In this document: in pieces, positions 31,838 to 40,645 of the stretch
Numbering within the stretch: position 1 is the first letter of the stretch
Layout: every line of letters begins with the position of its first letter
Source: Spirochaetaceae bacterium
Lineage (GTDB): Bacteria; Spirochaetota; Spirochaetia; DSM-2461
Direction: 5' to 3'
Length of the DNA: 64,000 nt
NCBI GenBank assembly: GCA_965224705.1
Contig: OZ245056.1
Span: 1,152,001 to 1,216,000 of the forward strand
The notes under the pieces: model-generated
Told to the model about the DNA's origin: nothing
The model's input: the letters and a program-made list of their open reading frames with translations, nothing else
Databases searched by the model: none
Program-made: the position numbers and the translations under genes

Positions 31838-32116
31838 TCAGAGCTTTTCGATCTCTTCTTCGCTCAGGCCGGTGGCCTTGATGATGAGTTCCATGTCGGC
31901 TCCGGCGGCTTTTAATCGCCTGGCTGTTTGCATTATGCCTTCTTCTATACCCTCTTCCCTGCCATCGTTCCAGGATTCATCCAAACCGCTTAGATAATCC
32001 CTTCTCCATTTCTCCTTGGCTTCCAGCCTGTCCAACATGGCTTGATCGGCGGTGAATTGGGTGTAGAGTTTATGGGCCTCCTGAATATACGGGTTGTCTC
32101 CCAATAAGACTCGCAT
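31838..32116 (-). CDS. Putative RpnS-like small protein, 92 aa
   Basis: AAGGAGG-ACGAG-ATG conserved in frame. Confidence 0.6.
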   Translation of the reverse strand: MRVLLGDNPYIQEAHKLYTQFTADQAMLDRLEAKEKWRRDYLSGLDESWNDGREEGIEEGIMQTARRLKAAGADMELIIKATGLSEEEIEKL

Positions 32117-32704
32117 CTCGTCCTCCTTTAAGTAACCTTCGTACTTGAAAAAATAGCACCATCGCTCGAAGTCGCTTTCAAAAGTCAGGCTGTCCCTGTC
32201 GGGAAAGGCCATCTTCGACAGCTCCATAAACATGATGCACAGATGGTCGGTCAGCACCAGCTCTGGATTACCCACTTCGGTAATATGAAAGCAGGTGTGA
32301 CACTCCTCCAGTTGGGGAAAAACGGACTCGCCAACCAGATTGATGCAAATAACCGGATTGAGTTTGGAGTAGGCCTCTGTTTTCCGCAACTGGTTCTGAT
32401 AGTTTTTTGCCCAGTATAACAGACTGCGATTGGCAAAATACTTGCCGGTGGATATCTGTATTTCTATGTCGATGATGCGCTTGCGGTTGTCTCTTGCCTT
32501 GACATCCAGTATGGTTTCCCTGTCGCTGAAGTATTCTTTCAGGTTGTAGGGGTTGAGTATCTCGACGCTGGTGACCGGGCCTAATTCCTTTTGAGTTAAA
32601 AAAGCATTGATAAAATTCGTCAGCAGGCTGGTGTTTTTCTCATCGCCCAGAAGGGCACGGGCAAACAAGTCAGACAGCGGATCGAATGGTCTGGTTGTTT
32701 CCAT
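31838..32704 (-). CDS. Rpn family nuclease, copy 2
   Basis: Close paralog of 30270-31124 with an extra EEGI repeat. Confidence 0.92.
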   Translation of the reverse strand: METTRPFDPLSDLFARALLGDEKNTSLLTNFINAFLTQKELGPVTSVEILNPYNLKEYFSDRETILDVKARDNRKRIIDIEIQISTGKYFANRSLLYWAKNYQNQLRKTEAYSKLNPVICINLVGESVFPQLEECHTCFHITEVGNPELVLTDHLCIMFMELSKMAFPDRDSLTFESDFERWCYFFKYEGYLKEDEMRVLLGDNPYIQEAHKLYTQFTADQAMLDRLEAKEKWRRDYLSGLDESWNDGREEGIEEGIMQTARRLKAAGADMELIIKATGLSEEEIEKL

Positions 32705-32741
32705 GATTTTACATTACGGGAGTTTTGGCATTTATGCAAGG

Positions 32742-33035
32742 GCGAAAGCCCCCCCCCCCCCCCCGCACCAGATGCCGCCACCTCCGTGCCCTCCGTGCCT
32801 CCGTGAGAGACACCCCAGAATCATTGTTTTTCATTTTTAGGGGACTTGTAATTGGCTTCTACCGTGAACACTCTGCGTTCTCTGCGGTTACAAAACCCAT
32901 GAATAAGGCTCTTTGAGTATATGAAAGGGGGGATAAACCGCAGAGGACGCAGAGGTACGCAGAGAAATGTAGCATAGAAGGATTGGTCGATACTTACCGT
33001 GAACACTCTGCGCTCTCTGCGTCCTCTGCGGTTAA
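32742..33035 (+). repeat. CTCCGTG module plus 1.5 hairpin modules
   Basis: Unit near 32934; C16 tract at 32749-32764. Confidence 0.85.
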
Positions 33036-33163
33036 AAAACTAAGGAAGAATCTCCAGTCGATGTATGGAGAAGAATTGCAGTGACGGCCATCTGCTCTCA
33101 TCTCCTGGCCTTGCTACAGGTTTATGACAGTTTATTGGTCAATTTCCCGATAAAAACGAATAC

Positions 33164-33196
33164 AAAAAAAGAGCCCCGGTGATTACCAGGGCTCTT
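33164..33196 (-). terminator. Rho-independent terminator of lipoprotein gene
   Basis: AAGAGCCCTGGT-AATC-ACCGGGGCTC followed by T7 on the minus strand. Confidence 0.8.
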
Positions 33197-33261
33197 GGTC
33201 TAGCTATGAAGAACTGTTAATGCAGTTCTTCCGAAATGCTGAACAATCAATTCAGATATTT

Positions 33262-34350
33262 CTAATTCACTGTAACCGTTATGGTTCCAGTTATTCCAGC
33301 ACCCTCTTCTGATTCCGCTGTTATGGTTGCGGTCTGGCCTCCCGTCGCTGTTGAAACAACCGTCACCAGTCCAGTCGTACTTACCGTCGCTACGTTTGTA
33401 TCGCTACTCTTCCATGAGACAATCTGAGATGGATTGTTGGTTCCTGTTACGGTTGCACTCAGCTGTACCGTGCCGCCTGCATCCAGATTCTGATTACCTT
33501 CGTTTATCGTAACAGAAGTTACCGTAGGATCCAGTGCAACCGTTGTCTTCACGGTAGCTGCGATATTGTTGTTAGGCGTGGCCGCCTTATCCGCAGCAAA
33601 ACCTTCCGCTATAACCACGCTGACCTCTTGGCCTAATATGAATTGTACCATGTTTGTTTCGATTTTCACCGTCATTCCATCATTTTGCAAAGTAACACTG
33701 TATACAGAAAGATGTGTGGGGTTAGCGCCACCATCGTCATGCATAACCGTTAGTTTGGCTTTTTGCTCGTCTGCAGTACCGAGCAATGTTATGGCCTCAT
33801 TTGCTTTAAGGTACATTATATTAGTCCCTCCTGATTCCCAAGCGATTACTGTAAACGTTGGGGCTGTTGTATCGACCGGGGTGGCTGTTTTCTCTTCTGA
33901 GGCCGCACTTTCCCCGGTGGCATTCGTTGCTGTTATCTTGAAGAAGTACGGTGTGCCGTCGGTCAGGCCTGTCACTTCCTTTGTCAACGTAGTGCCGCCG
34001 GTGACCTCGACTGCCGTAACACCTGCGGCAGCCAGATCAGTAATGGTCGATTCAGAGTGGTAGACCGTATACTTGGTGATAACTCCCTTCGTGCCATCCC
34101 CGCCAATGTAGCCCGTATCGGTGGGTGCTGTCCATGAGAGTGTGATGTTCCCCGCCGTGTCCGCAGTTGCGGTGACTAAAGTCGGTGCTCCGGGAGGCGC
34201 GTCCTCGACGGTGGAATTGGTAGACGGACAGGCCGCGAGCAGCACGGCGAGCAGGCTTGCTGCAAGAATGAAGGATGCTGTCGCGAACGCCGAGCGCGTT
34301 CCGTTTGCCCTTCTGCTTCGTTTGAGAGTTTTGAGGTGATTCCGATTCAT
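33262..34350 (-). CDS. Surface lipoprotein: 1 FN3 + 1 PTFT Ig-like + 1 Big_2-like domain
   Basis: Same leader family (VLLAAC); PPGAP FN3; DTTAPTFT..DKAATPN; VQLSATV..VSWKSSD..VATV. Confidence 0.88.
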   Translation of the reverse strand: MNRNHLKTLKRSRRANGTRSAFATASFILAASLLAVLLAACPSTNSTVEDAPPGAPTLVTATADTAGNITLSWTAPTDTGYIGGDGTKGVITKYTVYHSESTITDLAAAGVTAVEVTGGTTLTKEVTGLTDGTPYFFKITATNATGESAASEEKTATPVDTTAPTFTVIAWESGGTNIMYLKANEAITLLGTADEQKAKLTVMHDDGGANPTHLSVYSVTLQNDGMTVKIETNMVQFILGQEVSVVIAEGFAADKAATPNNNIAATVKTTVALDPTVTSVTINEGNQNLDAGGTVQLSATVTGTNNPSQIVSWKSSDTNVATVSTTGLVTVVSTATGGQTATITAESEEGAGITGTITVTVN

Positions 34351-34462
34351 TTGATTCTCCTATAGTCGGAAGTTTGTTTGGGTGCTACAGCTCATTATGA
34401 GGTATACTCATACAATTATGACAGATTTCTCCTGTTTTGTCCAGAAAAAGCATCGAGGTTGG

Positions 34463-35345
34463 CAGGGCAATCGCATCTAATCGCAAAGAATGTGGAATCT
34501 CCTGAAAGCGGTACTAAACCGCAGAGGACGCAGAGGTACGCAGAGAAATACAGCGTAGAAAGATTGGTCAGTATTTACTGTGAACACTCTGCGCTCTCTG
34601 CGGTTAAAAACCCATGAATAAGGCTCTTTGAGTATATGGAAGGGGAATAAACCGCAGAGGACGCAGAGGCACGCAGAGAAATACAGCATAGAAAGATTGG
34701 TCGATACTTACCGCGAACACTCTGCGCTCTTTGCGGTTACAAAACCCATGAATAAGGCTCTTTGAGTATATGAAAGAGGGATAAACCGCAGAGGACGCAG
34801 AGGTACGCAGAGAAATACAGCATAGAAGGATTGGTCTATACTTACTGTGAATACTCTGCGCTTTCTGCGGTTAAAAACTTATGAATAAGGCTTTTTGAGT
34901 ATATGGAAGGGGGATAAACCGCAGAGGACGCAGAGGTACGCAGAGAAATGTAGCATAGAAGGATTGGTCGATACTTACCGTGAACACTCTGCGCCCTCTG
35001 CGGTTAAAAACCTATGAATAAGGCTCTTTGAGTATATGAAAGAGGGATAAACCGCAGAGGACGCAGAGGTACGCAGAGAAATACAGCGTAGAAAGATTGG
35101 TCAGTATTTACGGTGAACACTCTGCGCTCTCTGCGTCCTCTGCGGTTATAAAAAAAGAGGATTCTTCAGCTTTGCGTTCATCTTAAGCTCCGTGCGAAAG
35201 CCCCCCCGCACCAGAGCCGCCACCTCCGTGCCCTTCGTGCCTCCGTGAGAGACACACCCCAGAAGCATCGTTTTCATTTTTAAGGACTTGTAATTGGCTT
35301 TTACCGTGAACACTCTGCGTTCTCTGCGTCCTCTGCGGTTATAAA
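34463..35345 (+). repeat. Tandem array of five ~133-bp hairpin modules after an ISAs1-type end
   Basis: Units near 34516, 34648, 34783, 34916, 35049; CAGGGCAATCGCATCTAA at 34463. Confidence 0.92.
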
Positions 35346-35470
35346 AACTAAGGAAGAATCTCCAGTCGATGTATGGAGGAAAATTGCAGTGGCGGCCATC
35401 TGCTCGCATCTCCTGGCCTTGCTACAGGTTTATGATAGTTTATTGATCAATTCCCGATAAACATGAATAC

Positions 35471-35503
35471 AAAAAAAGAGCCCCGGTGATTACCAGGGCT
35501 CTT
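35471..35503 (-). terminator. Rho-independent terminator (duplicate of 33164-33196)
   Basis: Identical hairpin + T7 within a ~230-bp duplicated 3' flank. Confidence 0.8.
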
Positions 35504-35569
35504 GGTCTAGCTATGAAGAACTGTTAATGCAGTTCTTCCGAAATGCTGTGAACATCAATTCAGATATTT

Positions 35570-37585
35570 CTAGTTCGTCAGCGTAACCGTTATGCTGCCA
35601 CTTACTCCAGTATCCACTGTTGATGTCGCTGTTATGTCTGTGGTACCGCCAGCCGATGCTCCCGACGCGACTGTCACCAGTCCATTCGCATCCACCGTCG
35701 CTACGGCAGGAGTAGCGCTAGTCCACGTAACTGTTTGCGCTGGATTGTTGGTTCCTGCCACGGTTGCAGCCAGCTGTAGCGTTCCGGTAGCTATACTCAA
35801 ATCCCGATTACCTCCGGTTATCGTGACACTGTTTACCGTGGCCGCACTCACTGTAACCGTTATGGAGGCAGACTGTCCAGTATTCACTGTTGATGTCGCT
35901 GTTATGGTTGTCTGGGAACCTCCCGTTGCTGTTGACAAGACACTTACCACTCCACCAGCCACCGTTGCTACGGCAGTATCACTGCTTTCCCATGTAACTG
36001 TTTGCGCTGGATTGTTAGCTCCTGCCACGGTCGCAACCAGCGTCACACTCCCGCTCGGATCAAGCGTCTGATCAGCTTTGTCAAGAGTGACACCAGTCAC
36101 GGTGACCGCACTCACTGTAACCGTTATGGAGGCAGACTGTCCAGTATCCACTGTTGATGTCGCTGTTATGGTTGTCTGGGAACCTCCCGTTGCTGTTGAC
36201 AAGACACTTACCACTCCACCAGCCACCGTCGCTACGGTAGTATCACTGCTTTCCCATGTAACTGTTTGCGCTGGATTGTTGGTTCCTGCCACGGTCGCAA
36301 CCAGCGTCACAGTTCCACCCGCATCAAGCGTCTGATCAGTTTTGTCAAGAGTGACACCGGTTACCGTAGGCGTTGGAGTTGCAACCTCTGTCTTCACGGT
36401 AGCTGCGGCATTGTTGTTAGGCGTGGCCGCCTTATCCTTAGCAAAATCTGCCTCTATATCCACGCTGACCTCTTGGCCAGCTGTGAAAGTAGCTGCCGCG
36501 TCCAGAGTAATTGTCACCGTTGTTTCATTACTTTCCAAAGCAACCGTTTTTACAGTAAGAGCTACGGGGCTAGTGCCAGCAGCATCATTTTTAACCGTTA
36601 GTTTGGCTACGTTTGCGGCTGCATCAGTACTGAGCAATGTTATGGCCTCACTTGCTGTAAGGGTCAGCGTGCTCTGCGATCCTGCCGTAATTGCGCTTAA
36701 GTCAAACGTTGGGGCTTTTGTGTCCGCCACGGTAACTTCTAAGTGGGGATCGGCTGTTGCAACGTTCTTGTTAGGCGTGGTCGCCTTATCCTCAGCAAAA
36801 TCTGCCTTTATCTCCACGCTAACCTTTTGGCCAGCTGTGAAAGTAGTTGCCGAATTTACAGTGATTGTCACCGTCACTTCATCAGCATCCACAGCAGCAT
36901 CTGCCACAGGAACGTCTGTGTTTGTACCACCAACGTCATTTGTGACCGTTAGTTGGCCGCTTCTTGCGGTTGCATCAATACCGAGCAATGTTATTGGCTC
37001 ACTTGCTGTAAGGGTAAGCGTGGTTGCAGCATCTGATGGTGAGATTGCGTCTAACGTAAACGTTGGGGCTGTTGTGTCCTCCGTTACGGTAACCTCTTTG
37101 GTGTCTTCGAGATTCTTGTTAGGCGTGGTCGCCTTATCCGCAGCAAAATCTGCCGCTATCTTCACGCTGACCTTTTTGCCAGCTACGAAGTCTACCGGGG
37201 GGTCTATAGCGATTGTCACCGTCATTCCATCAGTACCCAGAGTAGCCCCTGTTACAGGAACGTCTGTGTCTGTACCACCAACATCATTTGTAACCGTTAG
37301 TTTGTCCTTGTTTACGGCGTCATCAGCACTGAGCAATGTTATGGCCTCATCTGCTACAATGGTAAGCGTTTTTACATCAGTTCTTCCCGCAATTTCGCTT
37401 AATGTAAACGTTGGGGGTGTCGTGTCGGTGCTGGTAGACGGACAGGCCACAAGTAGCACAGCGAGCAGGCTTGCGGCAATAATGAAGGATGCTGTCGCGA
37501 ACGCCGAGCGCGTTCCGTTTGCCCTTCTGCTTCGTTTGGCTCCTCCAAGTTGGCTTGAAAGAGTCTTGAAATGATTCCGATTCAT
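35570..37585 (-). CDS. Surface lipoprotein: 3 PTFT Ig-like + 3 Big_2-like domains
   Basis: Leader ending VLLVAC; three PTF..DKA.TPN modules; three ATVAG.NNPAQTVTW modules, two near-identical at DNA level (258-bp period). Confidence 0.88.
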   Translation of the reverse strand: MNRNHFKTLSSQLGGAKRSRRANGTRSAFATASFIIAASLLAVLLVACPSTSTDTTPPTFTLSEIAGRTDVKTLTIVADEAITLLSADDAVNKDKLTVTNDVGGTDTDVPVTGATLGTDGMTVTIAIDPPVDFVAGKKVSVKIAADFAADKATTPNKNLEDTKEVTVTEDTTAPTFTLDAISPSDAATTLTLTASEPITLLGIDATARSGQLTVTNDVGGTNTDVPVADAAVDADEVTVTITVNSATTFTAGQKVSVEIKADFAEDKATTPNKNVATADPHLEVTVADTKAPTFDLSAITAGSQSTLTLTASEAITLLSTDAAANVAKLTVKNDAAGTSPVALTVKTVALESNETTVTITLDAAATFTAGQEVSVDIEADFAKDKAATPNNNAAATVKTEVATPTPTVTGVTLDKTDQTLDAGGTVTLVATVAGTNNPAQTVTWESSDTTVATVAGGVVSVLSTATGGSQTTITATSTVDTGQSASITVTVSAVTVTGVTLDKADQTLDPSGSVTLVATVAGANNPAQTVTWESSDTAVATVAGGVVSVLSTATGGSQTTITATSTVNTGQSASITVTVSAATVNSVTITGGNRDLSIATGTLQLAATVAGTNNPAQTVTWTSATPAVATVDANGLVTVASGASAGGTTDITATSTVDTGVSGSITVTLTN

Positions 37586-37770
37586 TTGATTCTCCTTAAA
37601 TAGGTCGGAAGTTTGCCTGGGCTCTACAGCCCATTAGAAGGGCATGCTAGTACAGGGTTCTCCTATTGTCAAGGGCACGAAGTGAAATTTAGAATTTTTT
37701 TTCGCAAAAAAAATTTTGGCACAAAAACCCCTTTCGATGCTCTGGATTTAGCCCAGGCAATCAGGTTCTT

Positions 37771-37906
37771 CCAGGAGTCTATCGGACTTTAAGGCTTTGA
37801 GGCTATTTTTTGATGATTCTTTTTGATGCAAGGCGACCTGTCCGCCGACAGGCAGGCAAGAACGGAGCGTAGCTGGGCTGCGGGAGTATTTTGGCAGCCC
37901 AGCAGC
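37771..37906. mobile_element. Partial MITE family A
   Basis: CCAGGAGTCTATCGGACTTTAAGG.. reverse-complement match to the 8511-8679 element; second TIR missing. Confidence 0.7.
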
Positions 37907-38354
37907 GGGGTATGCGAGTCCTGGACTCGCATACCAAAGAGAGTGCCGAGCGATAGTCAGGAAAAGCCCATCAGCTTGAATTGTAAGGGTAATATTCATC
38001 AATACGCTGGCAGTATGAATTCCTCCCTGGATGCTTTGACAAAGAAGTCGGTATTGCTGATTCAGGGAAATGCATAAGTTCACCTTGCCGCGGCTGGACA
38101 CAAATGACATACCCAGAGATAAAGCCGCAGATGCAATGACTGGTACTTGAGAGGTTAAGGATGGACTGTGAAACTGTCGGCACACGCACTTAAACCCGGA
38201 AAGGGGTGACACTTCTACTGTGGTAAGGGGAGTGGCATTTCTACGTGATACAGCAGGAGGGGATTTTTTGATGCTGCTAATAGCTTGACACGTCACCATA
38301 CTCTGGTTTAGTTAGTAATAGGTTTCCGGTTTTACCATCAAGGAGGAAGACGGA

Positions 38355-38561
38355 ATGAATTACACGGCTGTTATTGAGCATTGCAGGGCTACTGGATTAT
38401 ATGTTGGATATGTTCCTGGTTTTTCTGGTGCGCACTCACAGGGTAAAACTCTGGAAGAGCTAAACATAAACCTGCGTGAGGTTATATCTATGCTGTTGGA
38501 AGATGGCGTGCCTGATATGGAGACTGAGTTTGTGGGAACCCAACAGGTTGTGGTTTCATAA
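38355..38561 (+). CDS. hicB: HicB-family antitoxin (short form)
   Basis: YTAVIE..YVGYVPGFSGAHSQGKTLEEL..NLREVI; AGGAGG SD. Confidence 0.85.
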   Translation: MNYTAVIEHCRATGLYVGYVPGFSGAHSQGKTLEELNINLREVISMLLEDGVPDMETEFVGTQQVVVS

Positions 38562-38564
38562 GCA

Positions 38565-38588
38565 ATGGGACAAGTACCAGTTCTCTAA
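38565..38588 (+). pseudogene. hicA: Probable hicA toxin stub (MGQVPVL*) cut by a MITE
   Basis: ATG 3 nt after hicB; resembles HicA N-termini; the stop TAA falls on the MITE target site. Confidence 0.55.
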
Positions 38589-38751
38589 GGAGTCTGTCGG
38601 ACTTTAAGACTTCGAGACGATTTTTGATGATTTTTTTTGATGCAAGGCGGCGAAAACGAACGAAGGCGGCTCTCCAGAAGCAAGCAGGAGGCTTACTTCT
38701 GGAGAGAAGGGCAAAATCGAACCGTGAGGCCTAAGTCCGGCAGACTCCTGG
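38585..38751. mobile_element. MITE family A, both ends present
   Basis: CTAA-GGAGTCTGTCGGACTT ... AAGTCCGGCAGACTCC-TGG. Confidence 0.8.
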
Positions 38752-38865
38752 GGTTTCGATCATTTTCATGAAAGTTGCGGCGGCTTCAAAGGCACAACAC
38801 TTGCCGCAATGGCCGTAACTATAGGACTACTTGCAAAGGAAGCAGTTCCATCAAAGGAGTTATTC

Positions 38866-39378
38866 ATGGCAAATGAGATTCAGATTGTCAAACGAGACGA
38901 GCAGAAGGCCCTTGTCGTCCGGAACAGGGTGAGCATGCTGAAACTCCCCAAGGCTATCGGCAGTGCTTATGCCAGGATTGTCGAACACATGAAGCGCAAG
39001 GGCTGCGATCCCGAAGGGGCCCCGTTTACAAGTTACAAGGTGGACGACTGGGAGAAAACTGTCAGCATAAGCGGATTGAAAATGCTTATCAGTGTATTCA
39101 CCCAGAAATGGGATGTCGAGTCCGGTTTTCATGTTCCTGAAAACATGGAAGGGGAAGGTTGTGTGGAAGCGATAACACAGCCGTCCGGCGAGTATTTCCA
39201 TGCGGTCCATATCGGTCCCTATCAAAAAGTTGGTGAAGTCTATAAAAAAATATATGCATTGGCAAAAGAACAGAACCGGACATTGGACAATAGAACTTAC
39301 GAATACTACGAAAACGACCCGGCCGATACACCCAAAGACAAGCTAGAAACACGGGTAATTGTGAGGATCGTAGATTAG
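38866..39378 (+). CDS. GyrI-like small-molecule-binding protein
   Basis: AAGGAG SD; HIGPYQKVGEVY..YEYYENDP...L.T motif. Confidence 0.85.
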   Translation: MANEIQIVKRDEQKALVVRNRVSMLKLPKAIGSAYARIVEHMKRKGCDPEGAPFTSYKVDDWEKTVSISGLKMLISVFTQKWDVESGFHVPENMEGEGCVEAITQPSGEYFHAVHIGPYQKVGEVYKKIYALAKEQNRTLDNRTYEYYENDPADTPKDKLETRVIVRIVD

Positions 39379-39590
39379 GGCTCGTTGAAAAAGTCATTAT
39401 CACAAATTCTCAAGGTAAAAGCCAGTTGCAAATGAGCAGTTCCGAACCATGCTGACCTCTTCAAAACAGTTTCTGCCCTAAACGGGTGAAGGCTTCTGAG
39501 GTAATATCTATCGTCATAGGGCTCACCGTCTAGGTTAATTGGTTTTTTGTTCTTGTACGAATTTGGATAAACAATTGAGTGGATATCAAA

Positions 39591-39818
39591 ATGCAGGAAA
39601 AGGTTTTAAAAATAATGAACACAGTCCTTGAAAACAGGGGAAAAGAGAAATTGACATCCATAACTCCTGAGATGCACCTGAGAAATGACATTGGATTTGA
39701 TTCCCTTGACTTAGCTGAACTGACAGTGCGAATTGAAGCAGAGTATGACATTGATATTTTTGAAAATGGAATCATAAACTCCGTGGGAGAAATTCTCAAT
39801 AAACTGGAAAACAAGTGA
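39591..39818 (+). CDS. Acyl carrier protein
   Basis: DIGFDSLDLAEL phosphopantetheine attachment motif. Confidence 0.85.
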   Translation: MQEKVLKIMNTVLENRGKEKLTSITPEMHLRNDIGFDSLDLAELTVRIEAEYDIDIFENGIINSVGEILNKLENK

Positions 39819-39827
39819 GGAAGGAAT

Positions 39828-40616
39828 ACGTTTCTCAAAGATACTGATAACAACAGACTTGTTCCATGGGGTTCTCTGATTGATGATCTCAACAATACCT
39901 CCAGCTACAATCCTTACTGTAAGTCTGATGATTGTTACACCGTTTTTAAACATATAATTCTATCGTTGCTGCTAGACGAAGAAGTAATTCTTCTCGATTC
40001 GGACTTTACTGACTCTGAATTAGTAAATCTTACCGGTCATTTTGAATACGATGAATTCACTCGACCAATTGACAGGGGCACAGTTTCAACTATATCCAGC
40101 GAACAGGAACTAATTGAAAAGTTCAGTCCTCCCCCTGAGAATTGGAAAATAACATTGTTTACATCGGGAACAACTGGTACTCCCAAAAAGGTCAGCCATG
40201 ATTTTAAATCAATTACAAGATTTGTAAGAATTTCAGAGCACAATAGAAAGAGTATCTGGGGATTTGCCTATAACCCCACTCATATGGCTGGAATTCAGGT
40301 TTTCTTTCAGGCATTGCTGAATGGAAACTCTATCATTCGTCTATTTGGACTTAATACTGACGAAATTTATAACGAGATTAGAAATAACAGTATAACGCAT
40401 ATTTCAGCTACCCCAACTTTTTACAGGCTCCTGCTGCCCTGTGATGAAGCGTTTCCCTCCGTAGAAAAAATTACTTCAGGCGGTGAGAGATTCAATGAAA
40501 AGACTTTTAATCAACTGGAAAAAATCTTTCCAAATGCCGGAATAACCAATGTTTATGCTTCAACAGAAGCAGGAACCCTCTTGCTTCACGAAATGATTAT
40601 TTCGACTTCTATGTAA
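39828..40616 (+). pseudogene. Truncated acyl-CoA synthetase / AMP-binding enzyme
   Basis: FTSGTTGTPK, ATPT, SGGE, YASTEAG, then ends abruptly; frame extends up to an ACG at 39828 behind an SD (likely mutated ATG). Confidence 0.75.
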
Positions 40617-40645
40617 GGAACAAATAAAACCTCTCTCCGTTGTTT

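Noticed and set aside
34516..35150. CRISPR array (also 14231-14790 and 31371-31745)
   Set aside because: Sequences between the palindromic arms are near-identical rather than unique spacers, the unit is ~133 bp, and there are no cas genes in the window.
36342..37574. 410-aa plus-strand ORF and other long antisense ORFs over the lipoprotein and AAA genes
   Set aside because: Shadow frames of Thr/Ala/Val-rich or GC3-biased genes on the opposite strand.
38060..38270. Possible group II intron or structured RNA fragment (GTGCG on the minus strand)
   Set aside because: No recognisable domain V/VI or RT remnant; cannot be supported without an Rfam search.
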